DNA of 64,000 nucleotides from Polyangiaceae bacterium (GTDB lineage Bacteria > Myxococcota_A > Polyangia > Polyangiales > Polyangiaceae). Shown piece after piece: positions 47,402 through 57,250 of this stretch. Under the pieces are notes generated by a model. The model saw only the letters and a program-made list of their open reading frames with translations. It was not told the DNA's origin and did not search any database. The stretch spans positions 1-64,000 of the forward strand of contig JBNKBE010000026.1 in the NCBI GenBank assembly GCA_050287085.1, given 5' to 3'. Within the stretch, counting starts at the first letter, position 1, and the number at the start of each line of letters is the position of its first letter. A program made the translations under genes and the position numbers.

Positions 47402-48094
47402 GTGACGCTCCGCGGAAAGGCCCTCCGCTTGGAGCGCAAAGCGGCGCTCCAAGCGCGTCGCGCGGCGCTCGCTCAACGTCTTGCTGCCGTCCGGGCCGAC
47501 GTGCGCGACAAGAAGGCCCGCTTGCGTGCACGCGGTCCAGGGCAAGACGCGCGGCTACGTCGGCTCTGGCGCAAGTGGCTGCTGCTACTGCTGCTGGTCA
47601 TTCTCTTCTTCTGTTTGCGGCGTTGCCAAAGCTGTGAGCCAATGCCTCCCGCACCAGCGCCTGCTGACGCGGGATTGGACGCTGGCGCTCCGGCGTCGGC
47701 CTCCGTGTCATCGCCCGCGGCGCCCACTCGCGTCGCGAGGCCGAGCCCGCGGCGACCTACCCAGCCCGAGCCGCGTCCGACCTACGAGAGCAGCCCCCCT
47801 GGGCCCGAGCGCTGGCTGACCGATCTGCGCCTTCAAGTCGCTGCTCGCAGCCCGCGGCTTTCACGCTGTTTCCGCGGTGCCGAGCACCCCGGCGCCTTGC
47901 GTTGGACCGCGGTGGTCGATCTCACCCGCGGCGTAGCGTCCGATGCGCACATCGAGCTGCTTGGCAGCGCCCCGCCCTTGCCGAAGGCCATGCGGACTTG
48001 CCTCTTGGAGGTGCTGTCGGCCCCGTCGTACCGCTTGCCCCCACCGACCACCAATACGCCACCGCCGCGCGTGTCGCTGGTGGTGGAGTTCTAG
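47402..48094 (+). CDS. TonB/TolA/AgmX-like protein: basic cytoplasmic helix, TM, Pro-rich linker and TonB-C-like domain (operon gene 12)
   Basis: WLLLLLLVILFF TM and Pro-rich spacer, then LSRCF...LRWTAVVD..G...TCLLEVL...YRLP...VSLVVEF. Confidence 0.7.
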   Translation: MTLRGKALRLERKAALQARRAALAQRLAAVRADVRDKKARLRARGPGQDARLRRLWRKWLLLLLLVILFFCLRRCQSCEPMPPAPAPADAGLDAGAPASASVSSPAAPTRVARPSPRRPTQPEPRPTYESSPPGPERWLTDLRLQVAARSPRLSRCFRGAEHPGALRWTAVVDLTRGVASDAHIELLGSAPPLPKAMRTCLLEVLSAPSYRLPPPTTNTPPPRVSLVVEF

Positions 48095-48270
48095 GGGCCA
48101 GGGAGCTGCTCCTCGAGCAGCATGGGCCCGGTGCGCTGCGTGTTGGCGCCTCCCGCTAAGCGAGCGCCGAGTTCGCGCTCCGCCCGGAGCACGCGCTCGG
48201 CGCCGTCCGCTGGGGTCGTCCCAGCCACGGGCCGCGCAACGTCCACCTAGCGTAGCGCGGCCCAGGCTCG

Positions 48271-49269
48271 TCAGAGCGAAGCGCTCGTTGGCTCGCGGCG
48301 AGCGTACAAGTAGAAGTCGCCCTCCACCTCTCCGCTCAGAAGCTGAACTTGGAGCAGCAGACTGCCCGGAAACACGGAGCGATGACTCACGCTGAGGCAT
48401 TCCTCCGTGGGAGCCGTCTTGTCTTCCTCGACCACGTCACTCATGAGCCATCCGGCGGGCGGCGTTTCCGCGCGATCGAGCTCGGCTCCGTTGAAAGCAT
48501 CCGTGAGGCTCAAAGCCAGCGCGCGGTCGTAACAGTCGGAGAGTGTAAAAGTGTAGCTAGCGCCGGCAGGAATGTCGACCTGGAACCACCAACTGCGCGG
48601 CGTGTCAGCCTCACTGAAGAGCCCGTGGCCACACGCGGACTCGAGCGGCAAGGGCACCGGCTCGGCCGCCCTGGAAGCGTCGTAGCTCTTCGATTGAAGG
48701 CACTGCGCGGCGCCCGTCACGGCCAGCACATCAGCATAAGGCAACAGGTCGTCGCCTGCCGCGCAGTCGCCGTCGACGGCGCGGTACTCCGCGGACGTAC
48801 CGTCCTCCTCGCGGACGCTAACCTGAGCCACCACGGCGTCCTCTGGGCAACTCCCAGCGTCGCTGGCTGGCAGCAGGTCGAGCGCCGAGAGTTTGCTGCT
48901 TTGTTCGAGGGTCAGTTCAGCCCGGGACAAACGGACGCGGAAGGTCCCATCTTCGAGCGAGCCGACCGTTACATCGAAGCGGTCGCTCGTGTACCGCCAT
49001 ACCCCGTCCGCGGGCGCACTTTTGCAGCCGCCCAGCCCGCCGCTGACCAGGGTGCAGGCGACAAGTGCCGCGGCGCTCAGCCCGCTTCGCGCGCAGGCCC
49101 GGTGGCTCGCGCACCGCAGTGTGCCCGCGCACCGCAGTATGCCCGCGCTGGTCGATTGAATCGGGCCCCGCGCCCCGCTTTCTGCTGCAGCCCTGGGCCT
49201 ATGCGGCGTGGTCATGCCGTGGGCTATACCACCTCGCGGGGCGCACCCAAAACGGTTCATTCGAGACAC
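48271..49269 (-). CDS. Hypothetical Cys-containing lipoprotein (start uncertain)
   Basis: Lipobox LGGC and a beta-rich acidic mature region. Confidence 0.65.
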   Translation of the reverse strand: MSRMNRFGCAPRGGIAHGMTTPHRPRAAAESGARGPIQSTSAGILRCAGTLRCASHRACARSGLSAAALVACTLVSGGLGGCKSAPADGVWRYTSDRFDVTVGSLEDGTFRVRLSRAELTLEQSSKLSALDLLPASDAGSCPEDAVVAQVSVREEDGTSAEYRAVDGDCAAGDDLLPYADVLAVTGAAQCLQSKSYDASRAAEPVPLPLESACGHGLFSEADTPRSWWFQVDIPAGASYTFTLSDCYDRALALSLTDAFNGAELDRAETPPAGWLMSDVVEEDKTAPTEECLSVSHRSVFPGSLLLQVQLLSGEVEGDFYLYARREPTSASL

Positions 49270-49757
49270 GGCCTAGCGGGGCTCGAAACGTGTCTCACCT
49301 AGCGCCGTCGATGCTGTCGCGTGAGGTCCGGGCGGCAGCAGAGCCGCCAAAGGCATGGCCAACACGAGCCCGCGAGTATAAGCGCGCGTCATGGGGTCCG
49401 TGCGATGGCAAGAGCGCGAGCTCTGAGCACGTGGGGTGCGGCGCGCCTGCTCTGGCAGGGCAAGTCCCCGTACTCGCCGGAGAGCCTGCGTGCGATCGGC
49501 GTCCGCGGCTTCGGCCATCCGCCGACAGCGTCGTTTGAGTTTCTTCCGCTGCGGAACTCACTCCGAGGCAAGCGCGCTCTGGCTACCTGACCTACACACG
49601 CCTACGCACAGCCGCGCTCCCGAGCTCATCCGACGCTCGTATACCGCCGCGGCAAGAAGTCGCCACGCCCAGTCACGGTCGCGTGCATGTACACCTCGAG
49701 CGCTCCTGACCGTTCTCGGCTCCTTGCGCCGCGGCCAAGAATTCTTGCCGCTGGAAA

Positions 49758-49809
49758 AACGAAAACGCCTATCGTTTTCAATGTGTCATTAATGAAAATG
49801 ACTTGCAAG
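49758..49809 (+). promoter_or_regulatory. Candidate Fur boxes
   Basis: AT-rich aacgaaaacgcctatcgtt (49758-49776) and aatgaaaatgacttgcaag (49791-49809) upstream of an imelysin/TonB-receptor operon. Confidence 0.6.
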
Positions 49810-49920
49810 AGCATCTAGGGAGGCGTAAGAGACACAGGTACGCCTCAAACGGCCCACTTCTGCTTGTGGAGCGCGTTGATAGGAGGCCCTGGTCAAGTGA
49901 TGAAGGGAAATTGACAATCA

Positions 49921-51648
49921 ATGGCTATTACGGCGAAAGATCGTGGACTCTGGCTCCTCCTGGCGATGGGCCTCACCAGCGCCTGCGGGAACAAGGACTC
50001 CGACGCGGAAGCGCCGACTGAAGACGCTGGTGTGCGGGGAGATGACGACGGGGACGATGCCATCGACGGCGCTGGCGCTGGCGCTGGCGCTGGTGACGAT
50101 GGCGCCGGTGACGCTGGCGCTGGCGACGCTGGCGCTGGCGACGATGCGGCTGGTGACGCTGGCGCTGGCGACGATGCGGCTGGTGACGCTGGCGCTGGCG
50201 ACGATGCGGCTGGTGACGATGCCGGCCCAGACGATGCCGGCCCTGACGAGCCACGGCCCACCGCGTTCGCTCCCGTTATCGAGCTGAGCTCCGCGGTCTT
50301 CGACGTCGTTCACGACCTGCGCGGAGTGGCGTTTGCGAGCAGTGGCCAGATCTATGCATCGGGTCACGTCGGCGTCGACGTGTCGGCGGTCGATCGCGAG
50401 TTGGCGGTTGTGCGTTTCAACGACGACGGCACTCTGGACGAGACCTTCGGCGTCGATGGCGTCGCACGCCACAACCTGGTGGTACAGGAAGTGGAGGACG
50501 AAGCCGTCGTCAACGCGGGCGACGAGCAGTCAATGGCGATTGTGGAGTTGAGCAGTGGCGATCTCATCGTGCACGCCAACGTCACGGCCCCGTCAGGACT
50601 CGGTCAAGACGTCGTCCTGCTCAAGCTGAACGCCGATGGTGAGATCGTGAGCGAGTTCGGAGACGATGGCATCGTGCGCGTCGACTTTGGCTGGACACCC
50701 GCCGACGATGCGGGGTGGCCGGACGCTGCCAGTGGTCCCACGGACAACGGTTGGGACGTCATCCTCGACCGCAGCTCGGGTGAAGAGAAGCTGGTCGTGT
50801 TCGGCTACGGTCCCGCCAAAGCTGGCGCACTGGTCGATCCGAATGACGTGGCCACCCAGCGTACAGACAACGATCGCTACGTCGTTCGACTGCTGAGCGA
50901 TGGCTCCACGGACCCCGCGTTCAACGCTGGCATGCCCTATGCGTTGCACAGCGGTGGCGACTTCTCGGACGGTGGGCGTCGAGGCTACGTTGCCGAAGAT
51001 GGCGCAATCGTCAGCGCGGGCTACACGAACTTCGGCGAGAACTTCGGCAACCACATCCTGTTGGCGCGCCTGCAGCCCGATGGGACCCCAGATACGAGCT
51101 TTGGATTTGGCATCGGGTTGCCGGGTGTGGTTCGCTCCAATCCGTTCATCGACGACGGCGGTGTGGCCGAGTGTTATGCCGTAGGTGTTCAATCGACGGG
51201 GCGCTACGTGACAACGGGTTATGGTCGGGCAACGGGTGCCTCGATGACCTCACGCTACGGCTATGCGACCACGGACGGCGTAGACCTGGTCTCGTTCGGG
51301 TTTACGGAGTCGGGCCTCGACGCGACGTTCGGCAACAGCGGCACGATGGCGATCCAGAGCGAAGAGCACGGGTTGGCTGAGTCGGAAGATCGAGGCCGGG
51401 ACCTTGTCGTCCTGCCCGACGATCGGGTTGTCCACGTGGGTCGCTTCGGGGCTGGGCCTGCCATTCTGGTAACGCTCCCCGATGGGGGCATGGACTTGGA
51501 GTCGGGTCTCGACGGGCGCTTCGAGTACCCAGCGGATACCGAGCACTTCTTCAAGGTTGCGCTCTCTGCGGACGGTACGCGCATCGCGGCCACGACTCGC
51601 AACCATGCTGCGGGCGTGCGGTTGACGCTGCTCGGCGTAGGAGAGTGA
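49921..51648 (+). CDS. Delta-60 repeat lipoprotein with acidic DAGAGD repeat linker
   Basis: Lipobox TSAC; repeated VVRFNDDGTLDETFG and ARLQPDGTPDTSFG. Confidence 0.85.
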   Translation: MAITAKDRGLWLLLAMGLTSACGNKDSDAEAPTEDAGVRGDDDGDDAIDGAGAGAGAGDDGAGDAGAGDAGAGDDAAGDAGAGDDAAGDAGAGDDAAGDDAGPDDAGPDEPRPTAFAPVIELSSAVFDVVHDLRGVAFASSGQIYASGHVGVDVSAVDRELAVVRFNDDGTLDETFGVDGVARHNLVVQEVEDEAVVNAGDEQSMAIVELSSGDLIVHANVTAPSGLGQDVVLLKLNADGEIVSEFGDDGIVRVDFGWTPADDAGWPDAASGPTDNGWDVILDRSSGEEKLVVFGYGPAKAGALVDPNDVATQRTDNDRYVVRLLSDGSTDPAFNAGMPYALHSGGDFSDGGRRGYVAEDGAIVSAGYTNFGENFGNHILLARLQPDGTPDTSFGFGIGLPGVVRSNPFIDDGGVAECYAVGVQSTGRYVTTGYGRATGASMTSRYGYATTDGVDLVSFGFTESGLDATFGNSGTMAIQSEEHGLAESEDRGRDLVVLPDDRVVHVGRFGAGPAILVTLPDGGMDLESGLDGRFEYPADTEHFFKVALSADGTRIAATTRNHAAGVRLTLLGVGE

Positions 51649-51742
51649 GCGGAGCGGACTGGCTGACGAGAGGCGGGGAGTCCCGGGCCGCTGGACGCAT
51701 TGTCCGCCACGGGCTCCTCTGCGGAAGCAACGCAATCAGGCG

Positions 51743-53134
51743 ATGTTCAGAAATCGATTCAAAGAAGCAGCGGTCTGGGCGTGTGGTCTTTGGTGCCTGG
51801 CTTGCACCAAAGACCCGATGGAGTACTTCGCGCCAAGCTCCCCGCCGCCGGGTGCCGCGGGGGCGAACGGCGACTGGCCCGGGGAGTGCCGTGGCTGCGC
51901 GGACGATGGTGGACCTGGCCGCACGGCGGTTGAGGACGCATCGGTGGATGCGGCCACCGATGGAGCGGACGCTTCCGTTGCGGAGCCGACGTCGCCGTGG
52001 ATCTCCGAGCAGGCGTTGATGGCCGAGTGCGGGGCCGCACCCCAAGCCGATGAAGCTTTCAGCCGCGAGCGCTTGCGGGCAGCCGCTGCGGACTGCGCGA
52101 TGTGGCACTATTGCCGCTTCGCGACTGCAGCTGAAAACCTCGACCATCGACTGGAAGAACTCAGCGCATCAGCGCCCCCTGCCGCAACGGAACGGGCCCA
52201 GGCTGCGTGGCGTCAGAGCATGGCACTGTGGTCGACGGTCGAGTTGTTTCAGTTCGGGCCGCTCGGCAGTCGGGCGACGAGCGCCAGCAAGGATATGTAC
52301 GAGGGGCAGGGCGTTCGCGATCTCATCTATGCGTGGCCCACGACAAGTCGCTGTCGCGTCGAGGAGCAGCTTCTCAACCAGAACTATACGAAGCGCGGAC
52401 TGGACGGGGCTCTCATATCGGGTCGCGGTTTGGCCGCGTTGGAGTACCTGCTCTTCTACGCGGGCAGTGATACCGATTGCGCCCCTGTTTCGAGCACGGC
52501 CGTAGGATGGAGCGAAGTGTCCGCGAGCGAGCTAGCGGCGCGCAAGCGTGACTTCGCGAAGGCCATCGGCCGGGACGTGGTGGCTCGAGTCCGAGCGCTT
52601 CTACTTGCGTGGCACTCCGACGGCGGCGACTTTCGCACCACCCTGATCCGTGCTGGCGGTGCGTACCCGGATGAACAGGAGGTGCTCAAAGTCATCGCCT
52701 GGTCCCTGGTTTACGTCGAGCGTGAGGTTAAGGACTGGAAGGTCGGTGTTCCAGCGGGCGCGACGTTGTCCCACCCCGTGACAGTACCGGAGTCTCCCTA
52801 CGCGCGAATGGCCACGACGAACATCGAGTACAACCTTCTTGGTTTTCGTGGCCTGTTTCAGGGGTGCGGTGAGGGAGGGGAAGGGTTGGGCTTCGACGAC
52901 TGGCTCGTGGAGGTCGGACACGCGGAGCTTGCGAACGACATGGTTGCGGCGCTAGCCAATGCGTTGGCAGTCGTTCGTGACACGCCCGAGCTCGATGTCG
53001 CGACAGCTCCGGAGCTGGATGCCCTCTACCAAGCCCTTCGACGGCTTACGGCGTTGCTGAAGGGGGAGTTTTTCGGCGCAGGGAGTCCGCTCAACCTTGA
53101 GTTGCCAGGAGGGATCGAAGGTGACACCGACTGA
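51743..53134 (+). CDS. Imelysin (peptidase M75-like) family lipoprotein
   Basis: Lipobox CLAC; AQAAW...ELFQFGP, IYAWP, GLAALEYLLF, ESPYA and terminal EGDTD (GxxD type). Confidence 0.88.
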   Translation: MFRNRFKEAAVWACGLWCLACTKDPMEYFAPSSPPPGAAGANGDWPGECRGCADDGGPGRTAVEDASVDAATDGADASVAEPTSPWISEQALMAECGAAPQADEAFSRERLRAAAADCAMWHYCRFATAAENLDHRLEELSASAPPAATERAQAAWRQSMALWSTVELFQFGPLGSRATSASKDMYEGQGVRDLIYAWPTTSRCRVEEQLLNQNYTKRGLDGALISGRGLAALEYLLFYAGSDTDCAPVSSTAVGWSEVSASELAARKRDFAKAIGRDVVARVRALLLAWHSDGGDFRTTLIRAGGAYPDEQEVLKVIAWSLVYVEREVKDWKVGVPAGATLSHPVTVPESPYARMATTNIEYNLLGFRGLFQGCGEGGEGLGFDDWLVEVGHAELANDMVAALANALAVVRDTPELDVATAPELDALYQALRRLTALLKGEFFGAGSPLNLELPGGIEGDTD

Positions 53135-54560
53135 CCAGCAGCTGCCAGACGCGAGGGGATGCGTCCCGCTGACTTCCCGCGCGGTCGACGGCGCGTGGCT
53201 TGCGGCCTTCCGCGTGTTGTTCGGGGGCGCCATGGCCGTGAGCATGGCGCGTTTTGTCGCGTACGACTGGGTCCGGCGCCTCTTCGTCGAGCCCGAGTTT
53301 CGGTTCAAGTACTGGGGCTTCCATTGGGTTCACCCGCTACCGGAGCCGGGGATGACGCTGCTGTTCGTGGGGCTTGGGTTGGCCGCCCTCGCGACGGCCT
53401 GTGGGCTCTGGTTTCGAGGAGCCGCGCTCCTGCTCGCTGCCGGCCTTTCTTATTTCCAGCTGCTGGATGTCAGCACGTATCTCAATCACTACTACCTGGC
53501 CGCCCTGCTGGCGTGGTTGTTGGCTCTATCACCCGCGGGACGGGTACATTCTGTCGACGCTTGGCGACGTCCGGCGGCGCGCGCGTCGGGCGCGATGATC
53601 GCGGGGCGTTGGCTTCTGTTATTTCGGTTTCAGGTGGCGCTCGTCTACGTGTGCGCCGGGCTGGCCAAGGCCCAGCCCGATTGGCTCATTCACGCTCAGC
53701 CGCTGCGGATGTGGCTCGGTGCCAGTACGGAGCTACCGCTCATCGGTCCTTTGCTGCTGCTGCCCGGAGCCCCGCTCGTGATGAGTTGGGCAGGCTTCCT
53801 CTTCGACCTGACGATCGCATTGTGGCTTTCACTGCGGGCCACTCGCGCGTGGGCACTTGGAGCCGTCGTTGTGTTTCACGTGTTGACACGGATCCTATTT
53901 CCCATCGGTATGTTCCCGGTCATCATGGTCCTGTCGGCGCTCGTATTCCTCGAGCCGGATTGGCCGCGACGGGCGGCGCGTTGGATGACCAGTCGGTGGC
54001 GCCTGACCTCCCGTCGCTTACTCGCCTTTGGGGCTGACGCACCTGCCGCAGCGCACAAGGCCATAGGCTTGAATTCTGCTGGCCGCGTGGGGTGGGCGGC
54101 GCTGGGCGTCTATTGTGCACTTCAGGCCCTGATGCCGCTAAGGCACTGGGCGTACGGAGAGAACGTGCTCTGGCACGAGCAGGGGATGCGCTACTCGTGG
54201 CGCGTGATGGTGCGCGCCAAAGGGGGAAGCGCGATATTCCACGTGCGCAACCCGAAGACGGGGGTGAGCTGGCGCGTCGACCCGAGCCAATATCTGACGC
54301 CAATGCAAGAGAGCGAGATGGCAGCGCAGCCGGACCTCATCTTGCAGTTTGCTCACCACTTGCAGAGCGAGTTCGAACGGGTCGGCTCGGGTCCCGTTGA
54401 GGTGCGCGTTGATGCTCATGCGACGCTCAACGGTCGCCGCCGAGTGCGGCTGATAAACCCCGATACCGATCTCACAACCGTCCAAGATGGCCTGTCCCGC
54501 GCTCACTTCGTTCTGCCCGCGCCGCAGATGGCGCCGCCGCATACTCGCCTAGTCCCATGA
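53121..54560 (+). CDS. HTTM domain / vitamin K-dependent gamma-carboxylase-like membrane protein
   Basis: LAAFRVLFG, YLNHYYL, AGLAK..PDW, IGMFP, GMRYSWRVM, QPDLILQFAH and LNGR. Confidence 0.9.
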   Translation: MTPTDQQLPDARGCVPLTSRAVDGAWLAAFRVLFGGAMAVSMARFVAYDWVRRLFVEPEFRFKYWGFHWVHPLPEPGMTLLFVGLGLAALATACGLWFRGAALLLAAGLSYFQLLDVSTYLNHYYLAALLAWLLALSPAGRVHSVDAWRRPAARASGAMIAGRWLLLFRFQVALVYVCAGLAKAQPDWLIHAQPLRMWLGASTELPLIGPLLLLPGAPLVMSWAGFLFDLTIALWLSLRATRAWALGAVVVFHVLTRILFPIGMFPVIMVLSALVFLEPDWPRRAARWMTSRWRLTSRRLLAFGADAPAAAHKAIGLNSAGRVGWAALGVYCALQALMPLRHWAYGENVLWHEQGMRYSWRVMVRAKGGSAIFHVRNPKTGVSWRVDPSQYLTPMQESEMAAQPDLILQFAHHLQSEFERVGSGPVEVRVDAHATLNGRRRVRLINPDTDLTTVQDGLSRAHFVLPAPQMAPPHTRLVP

Positions 54561-56812
54561 GTCGACGTTGGTTCTCACTCGTCCGTTGTAAGCGCTTGCT
54601 CGCATTGGCGCCTCTTCTGACCGCGCTGCTAGGCTCTCGGGGCGAGCGTGTCGCTTTGGGCGCCCCCCCTGGCGCTCCGACAGCGTCCGCTGAACCGGCT
54701 GGGTCCGCGCCTTCCGCCGCGCCTCCGCTGGAGGTGCTGGTGGTCGGGGCGAGTCAGGACCGCGTTCCCGGTTCGGTTCACATTCTGCGCAGCGCGGAGC
54801 TGCAGCGCTTTCGGTACACCGACCCGGGGCAACTCCTACTTCAAGCGCCAGGTGTCTACGTGCGTCAAGAGGACGGGGTCGGGCTACGGCCAAACGTAGC
54901 GATTCGCGGAGGTAACTCTGACCGAAGCAAGAAGCTAACCCTGATGGAGGACGGTGTGCTGTTTGGCCCCGCCCCGTATTCCGCGCCGGCCGCCTACTAC
55001 TTTCCGCTGATGGCAAGGATGACGGAAGTGCACGTCGTCAAGGGACCTTCTGCGATCGCTCATGGCCCCCAGACCGTGGGTGGTGCCGTCGACTTCATCA
55101 GTCGCCCGATCCCCGAAGCGCCCTCCGGCGCGGCTGACCTGACCCTGGGGCGCTTCGGATTCGTGCAGACGCATGCGCACTTCGGCGCCAACACCGACGA
55201 CTTCGGAATGCTGATCGAGGGCGTAAGACTCCGCCACGGCGGCTTCAAGGTGCTCCCGGATGGCGCGGATACGGGTTCCACTCGCAACGACTGGCTCGTC
55301 AAGACACGCTACACGCCCAATCCCGCAGCGGCGAACCTTCACGAGTTTCAGCTCAAACTGTCCTACGCGGACGAGCTATCCAACGAGACCTACTTGGGGC
55401 TCACGGACGATGACTTCCGCCGCGACCCCGACCAGCGCTACGCCGCCAGCGCACTCGACCAGATGAAGAATCATCGGATCGGGATGACGCTGACCCATCG
55501 CCTCGACCTCCTCGAACCCCGGTTGGATGTCGTTACCGACCTGTATCGCTTCGACTATGCCCGGACTTGGCGCAAGGTAAATGCTTTCCGCGGAGCGCAT
55601 CTGAGCGACGTGCTGCGCAATCCGGAGGACCCGATCAACGCCGAGTACCTAGCTGTGCTGCGCGGTGATGCGGACAGCGCTGGCGGCGCCTCAACGCTGA
55701 TGATCGGTCCCAACGAGCGCGTTTTCGTGAGCCAGGGGGTCCAGACGCGCACCCACTGGCACGTGGAAGTGGGCGGCGTGGGCCACGTGGTCGAAGGCAG
55801 TCTGCGCGTTCACAACGACTCCATCACTCGTCGTCACAGTCAGACCGGTTTCGACATGACGGATGGGCACCTGCTCCCCGCCGCGTTGCCGGAAGACATG
55901 AACGCTGCGAACCGCGCCGAGACGACCGCTCTCGCCTTGCACGTTTCTGACGCGCTCAGCTGGGGCGTCATGACCGTCACGCCCGGCGTGCGCGTCGAGC
56001 TCATCTGGTCGAGCTTCGACGACCGCCTGGCGAACGCGAAACAAGCCGGCGCAGTGCACGCCGTCATGCCCGGCATCGGCAGCTACTTCGCCCTGAGCGA
56101 TTCGCTGGGCGCGCTCGGCGGCGTCTACCGTGGCTTCAGTCCACCCGCCCCCGGCAGCGGTGAAGAAGCGAGGCCGGAATATAGCGTCAACTACGAAGCG
56201 GGCCTGCGTTATAGCGCGCGGCCCCTACGCGTCGAAGCCATTGGTTTCCTGAACGACTATCAGAATCTGACAGACGTCTGCACCTTGTCTAGCGGTTGCC
56301 TGACGGAAAAGCTCGATCGTCAATTCGACGCTGGCAAAGCGCGCGTCGTCGGTGTGGAGGGCCATGCGGCTTTCGAGCCCAAGGTCGGCCCCGTCACGTT
56401 GCCGATGCGGCTCAGCTACACGCATACGCGAGCGCGCTTTCGCAATGCGTTCCAATCAGCAGATCCTATCTACGGCACGGTTCGGATCGGTGACTACTTG
56501 CCCTATGTCCCGCGGCACCAGCTTACGGGGGCCGTCGGAGTCGAAGGAGCCCGTAGCGGCGCTTCCCTCGCAGGGAACTACGTCAGCCGAATGCGAGAGG
56601 AGGCTGGTCGGGGGCCGCTGGCTCAGGCTTGGACCACGGACGAACAGATGTGGCTCGACGCCGTCGTGCACTACCGCCCCTGGCCGATGAGCACCTTCCA
56701 CGGCGCGCTCCGGAACCTGCTCGATGCTCGCTACCTCGTGGCGCGCCGGCCGTATGGCGCCCGTCCGAATGCGCCGCGTTGGCTGCAGGTAGGGGCCGAG
56801 GTGACGTTCTGA
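54557..56812 (+). CDS. TonB-dependent receptor (FecA-like)
   Basis: Plug PGVYVRQEDGVGLRPNVAIRG...LMEDGV, KGPSAI.GPQTVGG, NLLDARY and terminal AEVTF. Confidence 0.93.
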   Translation: MSRRWFSLVRCKRLLALAPLLTALLGSRGERVALGAPPGAPTASAEPAGSAPSAAPPLEVLVVGASQDRVPGSVHILRSAELQRFRYTDPGQLLLQAPGVYVRQEDGVGLRPNVAIRGGNSDRSKKLTLMEDGVLFGPAPYSAPAAYYFPLMARMTEVHVVKGPSAIAHGPQTVGGAVDFISRPIPEAPSGAADLTLGRFGFVQTHAHFGANTDDFGMLIEGVRLRHGGFKVLPDGADTGSTRNDWLVKTRYTPNPAAANLHEFQLKLSYADELSNETYLGLTDDDFRRDPDQRYAASALDQMKNHRIGMTLTHRLDLLEPRLDVVTDLYRFDYARTWRKVNAFRGAHLSDVLRNPEDPINAEYLAVLRGDADSAGGASTLMIGPNERVFVSQGVQTRTHWHVEVGGVGHVVEGSLRVHNDSITRRHSQTGFDMTDGHLLPAALPEDMNAANRAETTALALHVSDALSWGVMTVTPGVRVELIWSSFDDRLANAKQAGAVHAVMPGIGSYFALSDSLGALGGVYRGFSPPAPGSGEEARPEYSVNYEAGLRYSARPLRVEAIGFLNDYQNLTDVCTLSSGCLTEKLDRQFDAGKARVVGVEGHAAFEPKVGPVTLPMRLSYTHTRARFRNAFQSADPIYGTVRIGDYLPYVPRHQLTGAVGVEGARSGASLAGNYVSRMREEAGRGPLAQAWTTDEQMWLDAVVHYRPWPMSTFHGALRNLLDARYLVARRPYGARPNAPRWLQVGAEVTF

Positions 56813-57049
56813 CGGACAGCGGCGATTGGATACGGGCCGATGGTGATGGAAGCTATCCGTCGGCTTTGTTTAGCGATTTCAGCCGCACTGCCGCTACAGC
56901 TGTCAGTGAAGCCACCGCAGGCATGACGTGTTGTGCCCTTGCTGCTTTCGCTTTCCCATGGCAGACCCTTGTACATCGTCGGCGGGGTCATGTGCCTGGC
57001 CGGCAGCTATAGCAGCAGGTTCTTACCCGACATGTCCGACTGGCAGACG

Positions 57050-57247
57050 GCTCGAGCGTTGCCTCTGGACTTGGTCAGTCGTACGCAGACCAGCACTCGG
57101 CTTTGAGTTTCTCGAGCAGGTCGATGCCATTCTCCTGCGTATCCAAAGAACCCCAGGCAGTTTCGACTTTGCGAGGATTCCGTCCGAGTTGCTTACGTGC
57201 AGCGCTTCCCGTTCGGTGTATTCAACGAGCACGACGAACATCTTTAG
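57050..57247 (+). pseudogene. RelE/ParE family toxin remnant (frameshifted)
   Basis: RRPALGFEFLEQVDAILLRIQRTP in one frame, then RVAYVQRFPFGVF in another. Confidence 0.6.
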
Positions 57248-57250
57248 GGG

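Noticed and set aside
34347..48094. Flagellar operon or Agl-Glt gliding cluster
   Set aside because: No flagellar structural or export genes. The B subunit is MotB/OmpA-type rather than ExbD/TolR-type, and no FHA-domain GltG-like gene is recognisable.
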